Assembly: GCF_009914755.1 (NCBI RefSeq)
Contig: NC_060937.1
Length of the DNA: 64,000 nucleotides
Direction: 5' to 3' (one strand)
DNA from: the human T2T-CHM13v2.0 reference genome, Homo sapiens
Of the stretch, positions 1-13,459 are shown piece after piece. The position numbers were made by a program, and so were the translations under genes. Position 1 is the first letter of the stretch. Each line of letters starts with the position of its first letter. The notes below the pieces were generated by a model that was given only the letters and a program-made list of their open reading frames with translations, was not told where the DNA came from and made no database searches.

Positions 1-110
1 ATGTTGGTCAAAGCGTACAACATTTTAATTAGAAAGGACGACTCAATTCCGGTGACCTCTTTCACCGCAAGGTGACTATAGCTAATATTAAAATTTTATA
101 ATTTATCTTA
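1..110 (+). mobile_element. L1MA-type LINE-1 3' end fragment
   Basis: atgttggtcaaagcgtacaa...ggtgactatagctaata resembles the L1MA 3'UTR motif; decayed, cut by window edge. Confidence 0.6.
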
Positions 111-1489
111 AATATTTTAAAATTTAAGAAAGAGTCTTTAAAAAATCAAAGTTTAGAAATATCTGACATCTCGTTGTAGTAATTTATTAACTAAAATTCT
201 TCTATACCCTTTCTGCTACATATTAAGGCAGATAGATGTAACCCACCTATAATTTCCTCTGACTTACAGTTTTCAGTCAGGTATCAAGGTGGATATAAAC
301 ATATTGCTGATTGAGCTTTCACAATAAATGTAATCAAATCAAGTATAATATAACTTTGCAATTTTGTTATGTAATTGATGGGGTGGAAGAAGAGCAGGTG
401 ATGACTGGGAAGGGTGACATGACCCAGGTCTTAACATTTCACTGAAAGTTTCCAACTGGACTTGTTTTATTCAAGTCTTTATTCCTGAACCCCATTTTTA
501 GGGCCATTCTTCCTTTTCGCTTATCATGTGGAGCATATTCTTCATTCCACAGGGAACCTGATACTACTATTAAAGTATTTTTATCAGCAAAGCCAATATC
601 TCCCTATACAGATTTATTATCCAGGCTTCTAAGGTGATAAATTTTGTCAAAGAGAGATGAATGATTAACTTAAATGTCAAAGAAAGCTAAAATAAATTAT
701 CTTTTGTGTGTTGTATGATATTTTGCCCTTACAAAATAGTAAAAGACATAGAATATTATAAGAAAAGAATATTGTACGTCTTTTCTATAATTAACAGCAC
801 GTCAAATTTTCTTTGTGTATTTGAGAAATCTACAAAACAAACCCTAAATGTTAATTTTCCAAAAAGACTGCTTGACACACTCCTTTGACAAGCCTCTTAC
901 CTCCCAAACAGATCCTATGAACATAGAATTTTTCCCTCATCTTATTTTTTTTACATATTTTCCACCCCCAGAAAAATTTGCTTAGTGAAGTGATAGTATC
1001 TCTTATTACCGCTACTTTTATAGTCTTAATAATAAACATATCTTAAATGTATTCTGTTATTCACTATAAAATATAGAGGTTAAAAAAGACTTAGGTAAGT
1101 TATAAAGGTGTTCTTATATTATCTGAAACTCTCCTTATGCTAATATCCCTGACTTCCTTGATTAACGGTAATTGAAGGCTTTACTGTTTTCTCATTCTTT
1201 ACTTTTATTAATGAGATTGCCATGCTCTGATAAGTGCAAGCTGCAAGGACACTCTTCATACACAGAAAGAGAGGCACAGAGGCAGTGAGGTATCGAGTAT
1301 GCAAGTGAAGACATTTTGGGTTGGAGGTGGATTTTCCAGCCACAGTTGCCAAAAACTTTGTCTTGATGAGAGAACTAGTCAACAATGACGTTTCCAAATT
1401 TTTGATCTGCAAATTCATAAGCAAAATTAAGTATTCAGGTTAAGTCACTAGGTTTGGAGAGAGATTTTACACAGAAACAGAAAAGAACA

Positions 1490-1600
1490 AGAGTGTTACT
1501 TAATCTCACTGTATTTCAGTTTCCTCAACTGTAATATAAAGGTTGATAACAATTCCTCATAAGGTCATTGTGATCATTAAACAGGATTAATAATGCACAC
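1490..1600 (+). mobile_element. MIR SINE core fragment
   Basis: ttacttaatctcactgtatttcagtttcctcaactgtaa...aaggtcattgtgatcattaaa matches the MIR core. Confidence 0.55.
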
Positions 1601-2128
1601 ACAAGCACAGGTATACACATACACACACAAACTTGAAGAAGGGTAATAAAAATCTGAGAATATTTTTAAAAATTCTATTATGTTTACAGACCATAACTAA
1701 TTGATAATTTTGTTGCTATCAGAATAAATATCCCATTGGAGTATCTGATTTCCTCTGTGGTATGATAATAAATAAAATCATAATATAAACCAATCCACAT
1801 TGATATTCTACTGTAATTAACATTAAAAATTTGAGGTGTTTTCAGACTCGTGAACATACTTATGTGCAGTAAATAATGAATCTTTTTATTCTGTTTGGAT
1901 ATTTATAGGATGACAAGTGGATTAAGCTTAGTTTTGCAATAAAATAAATTTTCAGAATAGTCTTAATAGTTTAATAAAACAGGGACTTCAGGCCCCCTAC
2001 AAACCAGAGCAGTCACATTCCCACCCAGCTGGCACCATAGCTGAGGCAGTGCCCTGGCTCCCACAGACGCCAAGCATGTGGCACACTAGAGCGAGTGCAC
2101 ATTAGCAATGTTCTGTTGCTGCCAGAAG

Positions 2129-2168
2129 CCATGCAGTTCAAACCTGTGTTATTCAAGGATCGACCGTA
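2129..2168 (+). mobile_element. Tigger2-like DNA transposon terminal fragment
   Basis: gcagttcaaacctgtgttattcaaggatcgaccg followed by TA resembles a TcMar-Tigger terminal inverted repeat plus TA target. Confidence 0.5.
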
Positions 2169-2169
2169 T

Positions 2170-2500
2170 ACAGAGAGCAACGGTTGCTAGGGGTGGGTTC
2201 TGGGGAGAATAGGGAGATATAGATCAAAGAACATAAAATAGCAGCTATTTAGATTAAACAAGTCTAGAGATCCAATAAGGACTTCAGGTAATAAAATTAA
2301 ACAATATTTGGGATTCATGCTAAATGAGTACATTTGAGCTGTTCTTGCCACAAAAAAACAAAAAAAATGGATAAGTATGTGAGATAGTGCATACCTTAAT
2401 TTGCATCCATATAGTAATTTTTTTACTACCTGTATGTATTTTATAACATCATGTTGTATACCTTAAATATACAACATAAGATTTGTTTTTAAGTATTTTT
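2170..2500 (+). mobile_element. L1MA-type 3' end
   Basis: ggttgctaggggtggg...aagtctagagatc...taacatcatgttgtataccttaaatatac typical L1MA 3'UTR. Confidence 0.7.
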
Positions 2501-2810
2501 TAAAAATGAAAATTTTATTGATATTTTTAAATACTTTATTTTTGTCAAGGTTAAATACCCATTGAGATTTTTTTTTAACTTCTTAGGTATTTGAAATAAT
2601 TCATCCCTAATAACATATGGGCATTAGAAACAGAATTTCATATAAATCAACTGCTCAACTATTGAATTAAATAGCATAAGACAAAATATAAAGAAAATAG
2701 GAAAATGACATTCTGATTAGTAAGGAAAAACCATCTTTGAATATTTATAGTAGAAATACATTTTTGTTGGTGCTTTGTTCATGTTATAAAAATAGTATTA
2801 AATAGTAATA

Positions 2811-3113
2811 GGCTGAGTGTGGTGGTTCATGCCTATAATCCCAGCACTTTGGGAGGCTGAGGCAAGCAGATCACTTGAGCCCAGAAGTTTGAGACTAGTC
2901 TGAGCAACACAGTGAGACCTCATTTCTACCCAAAGTTGAAAAACAAACAAAAACTTAGCTGGGGATGGTGGTGCGCACATATAGTCCCAGCTACTTGGGA
3001 GGCCAGGCAGGAGGGATACACAACCTGGGAGTTCAACGATGTAGTGAGCTGTAATTGTGCCACTGCACTCCCGCCTGGGCACAAAGTGAGACCCATCTCG
3101 AAAAAATAAAAAA
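2811..3113 (+). mobile_element. AluJ, full length
   Basis: Dimeric Alu with J-type gagcccagaagtttgagactagtctgagcaacacagtgagacc; short A tail. Confidence 0.93.
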
Positions 3114-4532
3114 GTATTAGTAGTAAAATATGTAATGGGTTATGTTTCCTTATAAAGCACATATCTCAATTCAATTTTATTTTTTTTCTTTCTCATTTAG
3201 GTAAATGAAGAAAAGTTCTTTAAACAGTAAGATTGGTAGGGTCAGAAAAACAAATTAAGGTTTCCTCTATTTTTGCAATATGTTTCTAGACAGAGTTAAG
3301 AAGCTCTGACTGAAAATGGGGAGAAAGTATTTAAGATGTTTAAAAAGTAGCTTGCATTTTAATATTATAATATTCGAACCAGACTGAAATCTATGAACAG
3401 ATCTTCAGATGTCTATGAGTTAATGTTCAATGTGGTTGGATATAAAAGAGTTAACATTAATTCCAAAAGGTTCAAATGAATCTACATGCATATTTATCTA
3501 AAAATATTCAATAGTGGCATAATAACTCAATGCTTAGTCTAAGCTGTAAAATGAGTTTATAATGTTGATAAATATATTTGCAATACCAAGGCATTGCATG
3601 TAAGGATGGAAATTTCCTCAGAAAGATTGATCACACTCGTAATTCAGAGCCTGTGCAAACCTAGTTCTCTTTGTGTGGAACATTCTTTTCCCAGATATCC
3701 ACATAAGCTAATCTATAGTTTCCTTTGTGTTTCTGCTTTTATTTATTAGGGTGGTGTTGTTTATGCTTTGGTAAGAATGAACCTCCAAATTTTATAGCCT
3801 TAGTCTAATAAGGATATTTGACATGTCCAGTCACGTTTTATTTCTAGTACTTATCATCTACTCCATTCTAACTTAAATAGGAATTAAAATACAGGAGAGC
3901 AATAAATTAGCATCACTGTTTCTACTGCAATCCTGTTATTGCATCAAATTTCCCATCATTTCCTTTCTCCCACATTTAGAATACTCAACTTATTCCCAAT
4001 GGAAATAAACAAAAATTCCATCCAGACACCGAATCTGTGGCAAAGCCTGGGATTTAATTGTGGCATGTGGTAAACTCTACATCCAGTCCAGTTGGGTTTC
4101 TTATGAACTAAAAAAGAAAAATTTTCTATTTCCTCCATTCCAACTAATGCAGAATTTAGAAATACAAACAGAAATAACAAATATTTGAAAGGGAAATGAT
4201 TGGAAGATATCCAGCAATTACGCTAGCAATTATGAGAGTTATACCTTTGGAATGTTAAATATGTCTTAACTAGGCATTGATTTTGCTCCCTGGAAGAATT
4301 GTCATTTCTAATGTGGCCCTTAGAACTGTCTTCTGGGAGATTATTTTTTTCCTCTGCATTTATCCTGTTTGGTTATATGTATTCTTTGCTTTCCTTGAGA
4401 GACACACAGTTTTCTCAGTCCTCTCTCTGCCTTAGAAAAATTGAGGTTAAATTGAAGGAGTAAACCAGTCTTTTTTTTTTTCTGAGCTAATGTTTTTCTT
4501 GTAATTCTTTGCCAAATGCCGTCAATAGAAAT

Positions 4533-4912
4533 TGCATTAGTTTGCTATGGCTGCCATAACAAAACAGCACACACTGGGTGGCTTAAACAACAGACATTTA
4601 ATTTCCAACAGTTGTGGAGCCCGGAAGTCCAGGATCAACAGCAGTTTAGTTTCTCCCTAGGCCTCTCTCCTTGTTTTGCGGGTGGCTGACTTCTCTGTGT
4701 CCTCCCATGACCCTTTCTCTGTGAGTGTGCATCTCTTGTGTCTCTTCTTATAAGGACAACAGTCATACTGGATTAGAGCCCCATCCTAAGATGTCATTTA
4801 ACCTTAGTTATCTCTTTAAAGTCCTTATTTCCACATATAGTCACATCGGGGGTTAGTGCTTCAACATAAATTTTTGGGGGTGGGTCAGCCAGTCACAATT
4901 CAGACCATAACA
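4533..4912 (-). mobile_element. MLT1B-like MaLR solo LTR
   Basis: tgcattagtttgctatggctgccataacaaaa...ggcttaaacaacaga...cttataaggac...cagaccataaca is the reverse complement of an MLT1A/B LTR. Confidence 0.85.
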
Positions 4913-5137
4913 GCAACAAGCATGTGCTATTATCATTGTTCCAAACTATTCCTCTAGAAATACAGTTTTATAGAATACATGATCTGCCTTCCAAGGAACC
5001 TCAGAAGAGAATTTACTAAGTATTTCGGACTATGTACATAAATAATTATCTTTTTAACTTCTTATAATTATGAATCTTCATTAACTACTGATTAACCTTT
5101 AAGATGTCACCCTATTTTAAGTCACAATTTCTATATT

Positions 5138-5535
5138 GGTCAGTATAAGCTAGTGCTGCTATGGTAACAAATTGACACACAAATATTAGTGCATTAACAC
5201 ATTAGTGAATTACATACTTAATTTATTTTACATGATAATTGTTATTTGGGAGTTGGAGCCTGACGGGAGTGATGATATCTCAAATACACAGTCATTTGGG
5301 AATACACGCTCATGGAGGACCAATCAATTTACAGTCACAAAGTATAAAATATGTATCTCCTTCAGCTGGCATAGCAGAGCAAGGAAGATGTTAAAGCATC
5401 ATGAGTGACCTTTTAGTACAGCAGCACAGTATAAGCAAGTACCATAATTTTTACTCATATCTTATTAGCCAAAAATAGTTGTATACCTCAACTAAGGAAA
5501 ATACAGGATTGTAAATCAATATTGGTAGAGAATTG
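5138..5535 (-). mobile_element. Old MLT1 (J/K-like) LTR
   Basis: gtcagtataagctagtgctgctatggtaacaaa terminus and ttactcatatcttattagccaaaaatagt motif; highly decayed. Confidence 0.5.
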
Positions 5536-5930
5536 CTAATAAAAATTATCAGAAACATGGAAATCAAAAAAGAGTACTCCATGTCCTTTCAAAGTGATAT
5601 TGGACATCGCAGGTTAAGAAGCTCATCTAAGGATTCTTTAATTGCCTAGGATAAATTTTCTGTTATTTCCTATTTGATAGAGATAAACTCAAGTTATGTT
5701 ACAGGCTAACTTGTAAAGTACTGTTTAGATGAAAAGACGATCCCACAAGTTGTGCTTTATTATCGTAAAGGATATTAACCAAGGTTTGTATCTAGTTTAA
5801 AAGTTTTATTCTAACAAGTCTTGTTTTCAATGTGACTATGAAAGATCATATTCTCAAAATACTTTTGGAATCAATGTTACCATCTTCCTTTTCCCTTCTC
5901 TAATGAGTAGGTTGAATAAAGGCATTGACA

Positions 5931-6028
5931 CATGTTAATTATATATTTTCTGAAAGTCATATTTTTAACTTTTTTTATCATGTTAATTATAGATTTTCTG
6001 AATGTCATATTTTTTACCTTTTTAATCA
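5931..6028. repeat. Diverged 2 x 48 bp tandem duplication
   Basis: catgttaattatatattttctgaaagtcat... at 5931 recurs as catgttaattatagattttctgaatgtcat... at 5979. Confidence 0.9.
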
Positions 6029-7910
6029 AAATACATTTACTATTGTTGCTGAAACATTATCTGATCAGAAGTATAGCCCCAATACAAAAAACATTTTATT
6101 CTCTCCATAAATCTTTTGTCACTTGACATATCAGAATTTTACTTATTTATAACTAGTCATATTTTACTGTGATAGACAGTAAGCATAATAGTTATATTTT
6201 CTAAAATTGTACATCCCTAGATTAGAGGAGTGTCTTCCATATTGTTGGCACTCAATAAAGTTTTGTAGAATTATTTAAGAAAATCATTCTATAACTCAGA
6301 AAATAAGCCTATACATTAAGTTTTGCTGCAGGAATTTTTGGTCTAATTTAGCAACTACTAACAGCAGGGCTAAATTTCAATGACGTCTTCTTTAAGACCT
6401 GGAAAGTTAAATTTTTGGAAGTAAAGCAAATGAGAACAAATGGTATCCATGTTCAATAGATTACACAGACAAGTGTTCTACAATAATGCTTCATATAACA
6501 TACACACAGTTCGAAAGCACTCCAAAGTTGATGTCTGAGCATTAGCTTAACTAGTTGGTTGCCCTTTTCAAGTTTTTTCAATGTGTATTTTCATGTTCCA
6601 TGGTTATTTTTTAAAAAATGCATAAATTGATATTCTCTACTCTTATATATTTCATTGAAGTGTGTCCAGATTTTTAACTAAGAGAACATAAAATTTATTG
6701 TAACTGTAAAGAGCTCCTTATATAGTTGGCCTTGACGTGAGGTACTAATTTGTAACTTCCTATCAGCTCTACAAAATGAATTCTATAGAACAATGTTTTA
6801 CTTACACAAACAGGCAGTCAGCAACTCATTTTTCTAGGTGCCTTAACTTCTCCTTCTGCCACAATACATCTTCATGTTCTACAGGGACACATTTTTTTCT
6901 TGCTCTTCCTCAATTATGTCAATGTGCTTTCAAATTCATGCTGACCTGTTTAGAGGCTTGTTTTGAGGATGACACATTTCTTATTTTTGCTGAGAAGAAA
7001 GTAAGATGGATCAATATAGCCCTGCATTCAAGATTAATGCAGTCACATGCCAAAAACTGGCTAGCAGTGCAACCCAGCTTTTCAGTAACCACTTATCATG
7101 AAACTTGGACACCATAATATTCACATTAATATTTCCAAGCAGCATAATATCCATGGGACCTCATGAATTTAAAATTTGCTCAGCCATTTCATTTAAGGAA
7201 CTGATATTTGTATTTATTTTCCTCACTTTTCTAATAATTATATTTCATGGCTGACAGAATAACCACCATGATGCTCTATTAGCACAATGATTTCCACTTT
7301 CACCTATGGCATCTAAAGTAAATGTTGAAAATTCTAGAAACATTACATTATGTAATGGAATTCCCATAGTTAAAATGAAATTCATTTGAAAGTTCACTAT
7401 TCAAACACATTGAACCAGTCTATTTTAATTTTTAAGAAAAAAAAGACAATGTATTAGAAAATAATTTACAAAGAGTGACTACTAAATTGAATTTAATTCA
7501 TATGTAATGACACATATAAAATTAATTTAATAATTATTAAAATTTATAGCATTTATTATATGCAAACATTCTACATAATACTTGGGATAAAAGTCTGAGA
7601 TTCTTTTCACAGAATATAATATCAGTTATAATCCAAAACGTACCTACCTATCCAGTTTGCTCCCCTACCAATAATCTTATATCCATTCACTTACCTTCCT
7701 GTACTACTCTTCAGAGTATGCTAAATATTCTCTGTTCTTTCATATCAAAGAGCTCTGCATAATATTGTTCTCTAAATAGCATGACCTTCCTTTGCATTCC
7801 ATCTGATTAACATCTATTTGAATTTCAGAACTTAGAATGAGTACTGCTCTTTCTGGAAAACTTTCATTGTGAATCTTCAATAGCTACTGGCTAACCTTTA
7901 AGATGGCACC

Positions 7911-8284
7911 TGATATGGTTTGGCTATGTCCCCAACCAAATCTCATCTTGAATTGTAGTTCCCATAATCTCCACGTGTTGTGGGAGGGACCCAGTGGGAG
8001 GTAATTTTATCATGGGGGGTGGTTACTCTCATGCTGTTCCTCTGAGAGTGAGTGACTTCTCACAAGATCTGATGGTTTTGTAAGGAGCTTTTCCCTCTTA
8101 GGCTCAGAACTTCTTCCTGCTGCCATGAGAAGAAGGATGTGTTTGCTTCCCCTTCCACCATGATTGTAAGTTTCCTGATCCCTCCCTAGCCCTGGTAAAG
8201 TGTGAGTCAATTAAACCTCTTTTCTTTATAAATTGCCCAGTCTCAGGTATGTCTTTATTAGCAGCGAGAGAACGGACTAATATA
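7911..8284 (+). mobile_element. THE1C-like MaLR solo LTR
   Basis: tgatatggtttggctatgtcccc...gaacggactaatata, 374 bp; 5-bp TSD gcacc (7906-7910) / tcacc (8285-8289). Confidence 0.92.
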
Positions 8285-8547
8285 TCACCCTATGTTGAGT
8301 CACAATTTCTGTTTTGGTTAGTATAGGCTAGTTACACTGTGGTAACAAATTGACACCCATATATTAGTGAGTTTACACCACAAAGATACATACTTAATTT
8401 ATTTTACTTGTTAATTTTTATTTGGTAGTTGGAGCCTGAAGGGAGTGGCAATATCTCTAATACATAGTCACTCATCAATACAGGCTCATGGAGGAAAGAC
8501 CAATTTACAACCACACAGTATAAAATATGTATCTTCCTCAGATGACC
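8285..8547. repeat. Second copy of the local duplication of ~5068-5370 (unique flank plus MLT1 end); resumes after the THE1 insertion
   Basis: Colinear similarity to ~5107-5370; 7867-7910 matches 5068-5111. Confidence 0.85.
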
Positions 8548-9661
8548 AGACTATTAGGTATTCTTCCTCTTTGCTTCTTCATCATCATGTACATATCTTT
8601 ATAATCAATATTATATCACATTTTAATTTGTTTGTCCGATCCTCCCACCCCATTCAGACTCTGCTGTCCTTGAAGGCAGTGACTGTATTTAATTCATCTC
8701 TCTAGTTCAATACTTCAAGGACTCCTATTTTTAACTTTTTTAAAGTGGAAAGTAGATATTTACAAGGTTCAGCACAGTTCACTGAAAGGATTCACCAAAA
8801 TTAATGACAAAGAGCTATAGAACTCTGAAATATTTTCCATCTCATTGGTTAAAAAAGTGTTGCTCACATTTGGTAAAAATACTTTAACCATGGAAATGAG
8901 GAACCATTCCTTGGAATGAAATTTAAAGGATGTTTAAATAACAGCAGACGACAGGGAAAAACTGGCGGTGAAGAGTACATAATGTGTAAAAAATGACGTC
9001 TTACTTTTGTACTGGAGCCAGACTCTTTTACTATTTTGACCTGGCTTGTGGTAGGAGCCTCCCTCCAGAGCAAAAGGAATTGAATAGCAATAAAATTGAA
9101 AGTTAAAATCTCTTTTTTTTCTTAGCTTTTCTGCTTGTCTGATAAACTAAGTCCTAGAGTTTACTATATTGTCTTGAGATTCATAATTTATATCTGAGAA
9201 TCAGAGGAACTTTAAAATGCCTGCCACAGCTGAGAGACATTTTAAAATGCTCGAAGAAAGTCCGATTCAATAAACTAAATAATGATTCAAATGATGAATT
9301 TTGTTCCTGCCTTTGAAGAAGAAACAAAATACCTACAATGATTTATCTATTACATGACAGTTTCTCTTTTTATGAACACTCATACTATAGAAATTATTAA
9401 CACTATAGCATTTCAGATAATTTGAATCCCTTAAGCCTATTTTAATTCAAATATAGCCATTTATTAATTTGATAGAAAAAGCATTCATCACTTTTCATGT
9501 AAATTATTCTTTTCTTCCCACTAATATAGTCCAAGTACCTCATTATATACGAAGGTTACATTGCCGAGGCTGGGTTTCAGGGAGTGAAAACATTTTCTTC
9601 ATACTGTGAGGTATGTGAAGTGTCTCTGTGAAAACAGATCATGACTGAATAATAAAAATAA

Positions 9662-10163
9662 TGAGATAAGTGCCGACCAGGATGACCTTAACATTCCCCT
9701 CAGCTTGACTAAACTTTAGACAGGTTTCTCCCTGACCATAGGCCACTGATCTCTCTTTTCTAATGGCATTTACTTTAGAAAACTTTCATTGTAAATTTTT
9801 TCTCTGTCCCTTTGAGATGTAAATATTTTTCCAGCATCTTGCCATGTTTACACCCCAGGAATATCTTTCTCAAGGAGGTGGGATTCATCTCCTCAAAATG
9901 TAATCATCAAGAAAGACAGTGCTCCTATCTCCCAGGCTCTGTGGAAGGATAGGGGCCTACCTTTGATAAGTACTAATCAGCAAACACAGTTGGCCCTCCC
10001 CATGAAAACTCCAGTATTTTTCCATTAGCTCACTGCAGGCTTTAAAAATCCTTCTGCCTTTTATTTCTGTGGAGTTGAGGTCACTCCCTCTACCCCATTG
10101 TAATAATCTTGAATAAAGTCTACCTTACCTTTTAAATGTGTATAGTGCAATTTTTCTTTCACA
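9662..10163 (+). mobile_element. ERV1-class solo LTR (MER67-like)
   Basis: TG...CA ends, cagcttgactaaactttagacaggtttc motif, aataaa near the 3' end; subfamily uncertain. Confidence 0.65.
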
Positions 10164-10397
10164 GTGATGATATTTAGATTATATCTGCACAACCTATCTT
10201 TCAAACACTCAGCTTTCTAGCACAACTATAAATATAAGAATATCCTTTTTTGGCTATTTCACTGAAACACAGGCTAAAATTATACTAATCAATTACATGC
10301 TAACACTATGTATATATATGATAAAACCAATATGCTCATTAGTATAAATTATTTCTGCTTCCTTAGAAGAAATACATTTTCCAACTAATGATGATCT

Positions 10398-10612
10398 GTC
10401 TTAGCATTTTTCAACTTTCTGATGGGCTTATTGGGATGTAACCCTATTGTAAGTCATAGAGCCTCAGGACTTATGATGTTTCACCTTATGATTTACTGAT
10501 TTTACAAAGGGTTTATCCAGGCATTAAGTGCATTTTTTATTTACAATTTTTTTTTAATTTATGATAGGATTTCCAGGACATACTCCCATCAGAAGCTGAA
10601 GAGTATCTATAT
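10398..10612 (-). mobile_element. MER47/Tigger5-like DNA transposon fragment
   Basis: ttttcaactttctgatgggcttattgggatgtaaccctattgtaagtc and a second decayed copy of the same terminal motif. Confidence 0.6.
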
Positions 10613-10899
10613 TATAATCTAATATTTTAACACAGTATTTGATAATATTGGACACCATCTGTATTAATCATACTGTAAGTACATAGAAAGAAAATAATAA
10701 AAATATTTAAAACGTTACAAAATTAAACCTATCAAATATGCATCAAATATATATGGAAGGGAAGTAATTAACATTTATTTAAAATTTATTAAACCAGGTC
10801 CTCTTTTATATTATCTCGTGTAATCTTCTCAATTACACTTCACTTATATAAATTGATATCAAAATGTTTGACAAAATTTAAACATCTTATATAATTTAA

Positions 10900-11215
10900 G
10901 ATAGGGTAGGATGTGTTAGCATATTTTAAAATAATCCATAGTCTCATCGGTTCATCACCTTAAATGTTTATTTCTTCTTCACACAGAGGCCTCAGATATA
11001 TAGTCCTGTGTTTCTAAGACTACTAACAGAAGGAAGGGTAGTGAAGAACCAAGCACTGGCTCCTAAATGCCTCCCGGCAAAAAGGATGGATATCTATCTA
11101 CTGTGCTTAAATGTTATGGTCCAAATAAACCACATGGCCACATTTAAGTTCAATGATGTGAATAAATTTCATCCCTGCACGTTCCCAGAAGTGGTGAGCC
11201 ACAATGTCTAACATC
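10900..11215 (-). mobile_element. Old MLT1 (K/L-like) LTR fragment
   Basis: aatgtttatttcttcttcacaca...ggtccaaataaaccacatggccacatttaagttcaa motifs. Confidence 0.45.
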
Positions 11216-12389
11216 CATTTTCATATTTACAGTTACTTGCCTGGAATTAATTACTTTATTTTTAAAATACAGCAATTGAACTAGAAACTTAACATATAAC
11301 ACACATGTAATTTTAAGTTCTAACACAAATTCAGTCTGACTTTCTAAACTCTTAGCTAGATGCCAGAGATAACAATCCTGTATTGATTATCGTGGTTTCA
11401 CATTTATATTTTTTTCATTTGTTTGATTTGAAAGTAAACATTAAAGAGAAAATTTAAATAGGAACTTAGCATAAGGACTGTTGAATTGGAAACACAAATT
11501 TCATATCCTTGGTTATTGTCTTTCCATTTATTTGGCTATTTTAACATTTTGTAGCTCATGACATTTTCCTACAATGAAACCACTGGCTTGTGATAATCTG
11601 AAGCTCACTTGTGATATTGGTTATTATAATTCTTTACCATTTGCAATGTTTTCATTTTAGTATTGCTTGAAAATGGAACCTAAGAATAGTAGGTTGCAGA
11701 TTTCATATTCCCCTTTGTCCTATTTTTCCTATCTATATTATTTATTTATTCCTATCTATATTATTCCTATCTATTTCCTATCTATATTAGCTATTTTGTT
11801 GAAATACAAGTCTGTATCATTTCAGTGGTGTATAATTACGAGAAAATTCTATTTTTTATCCAACGTACTTTCATTTTAACTTCTTATGCAGAGATATCCC
11901 GAAAGGATATTAATATTCATCCAAAAGAAACTAAAATTACTAAAAGTAAAAAACTAAAAGTATCAGGACTCTGAAAAAACTCTCTAGAATTCACTCTCAA
12001 ATATTTGCGAATATTTACAAATTGTTTTCTCAAAGAACATAGCCAGATTCTCTGTTGCAAATGAATACATACACCCACACAGTCAAGTCCAAGAGAAAAT
12101 AGATGTCTCACAGAAAAATTCTCCATGCTACTTTTATAGTTATTTTTAAACTTACAGGTTTTTTTCATCCCCATATTCGCCCTTCCAAAAAGAACTGCAG
12201 CTCCCCGTCCCATACCACATCAGCTAGGGGTTTACTCATATCAGTCTTCACTGGTTTTCTGCTTCTGTTTTTCACCTTGGCACTGATGATTCTCTGACCT
12301 ACAGCAATGTTCACAAGTTTCTAGGTAAATGCATCTTTAGACCTTTATTGCCTTCAAGCAGATGTCCCGGTTCTCCTTCCATTCATGAT

Positions 12390-12690
12390 CAAACCTCCTG
12401 AAAGTGCAGTCTACGCACACACTGCCTCATCTTCTTGCCTCTTCCCATGCCATGTCCATTCAATTTAGTTCTTTTCACCAAACTCTAATTAAACCGTATC
12501 TTTTTTAAAACCAATATCACTAGCACTCTCTCTAGGACCACTAAATTGTCAAATGCAACGTGTCTTTCACTGCCTACATCCTACCTAGGCAGCCTTGACA
12601 ATTTGGATCCAGCAATTTAGTTTGTGGCTTTCAAATTTCTAATTTGAAACAACCTCCTAACATTTTCTGCACAGGACATTCTCTCATTGC
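12390..12690 (+). mobile_element. L2 LINE fragment
   Basis: Pyrimidine-rich decayed L2 motifs (ctaaattgtcaaatgcaacgtgtcttt...ggcagccttgaca). Confidence 0.45.
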
Positions 12691-12795
12691 CAATGTTTTT
12701 GGGTTCCCATTGTCAGTCAGTATTTGTTTTATTCTTCTTTTTACACATTTTAGCCCCCAAATTTGTCATAGCGTGTTTTTTTCCTTCTGTCAATA

Positions 12796-13459
<664 letters not shown>

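Noticed and set aside
3181-3210. Isolated splice-acceptor-like sites (also ~41080 and ~57460)
   Set aside because: No paired donor or coding exon; expected by chance in T-rich DNA
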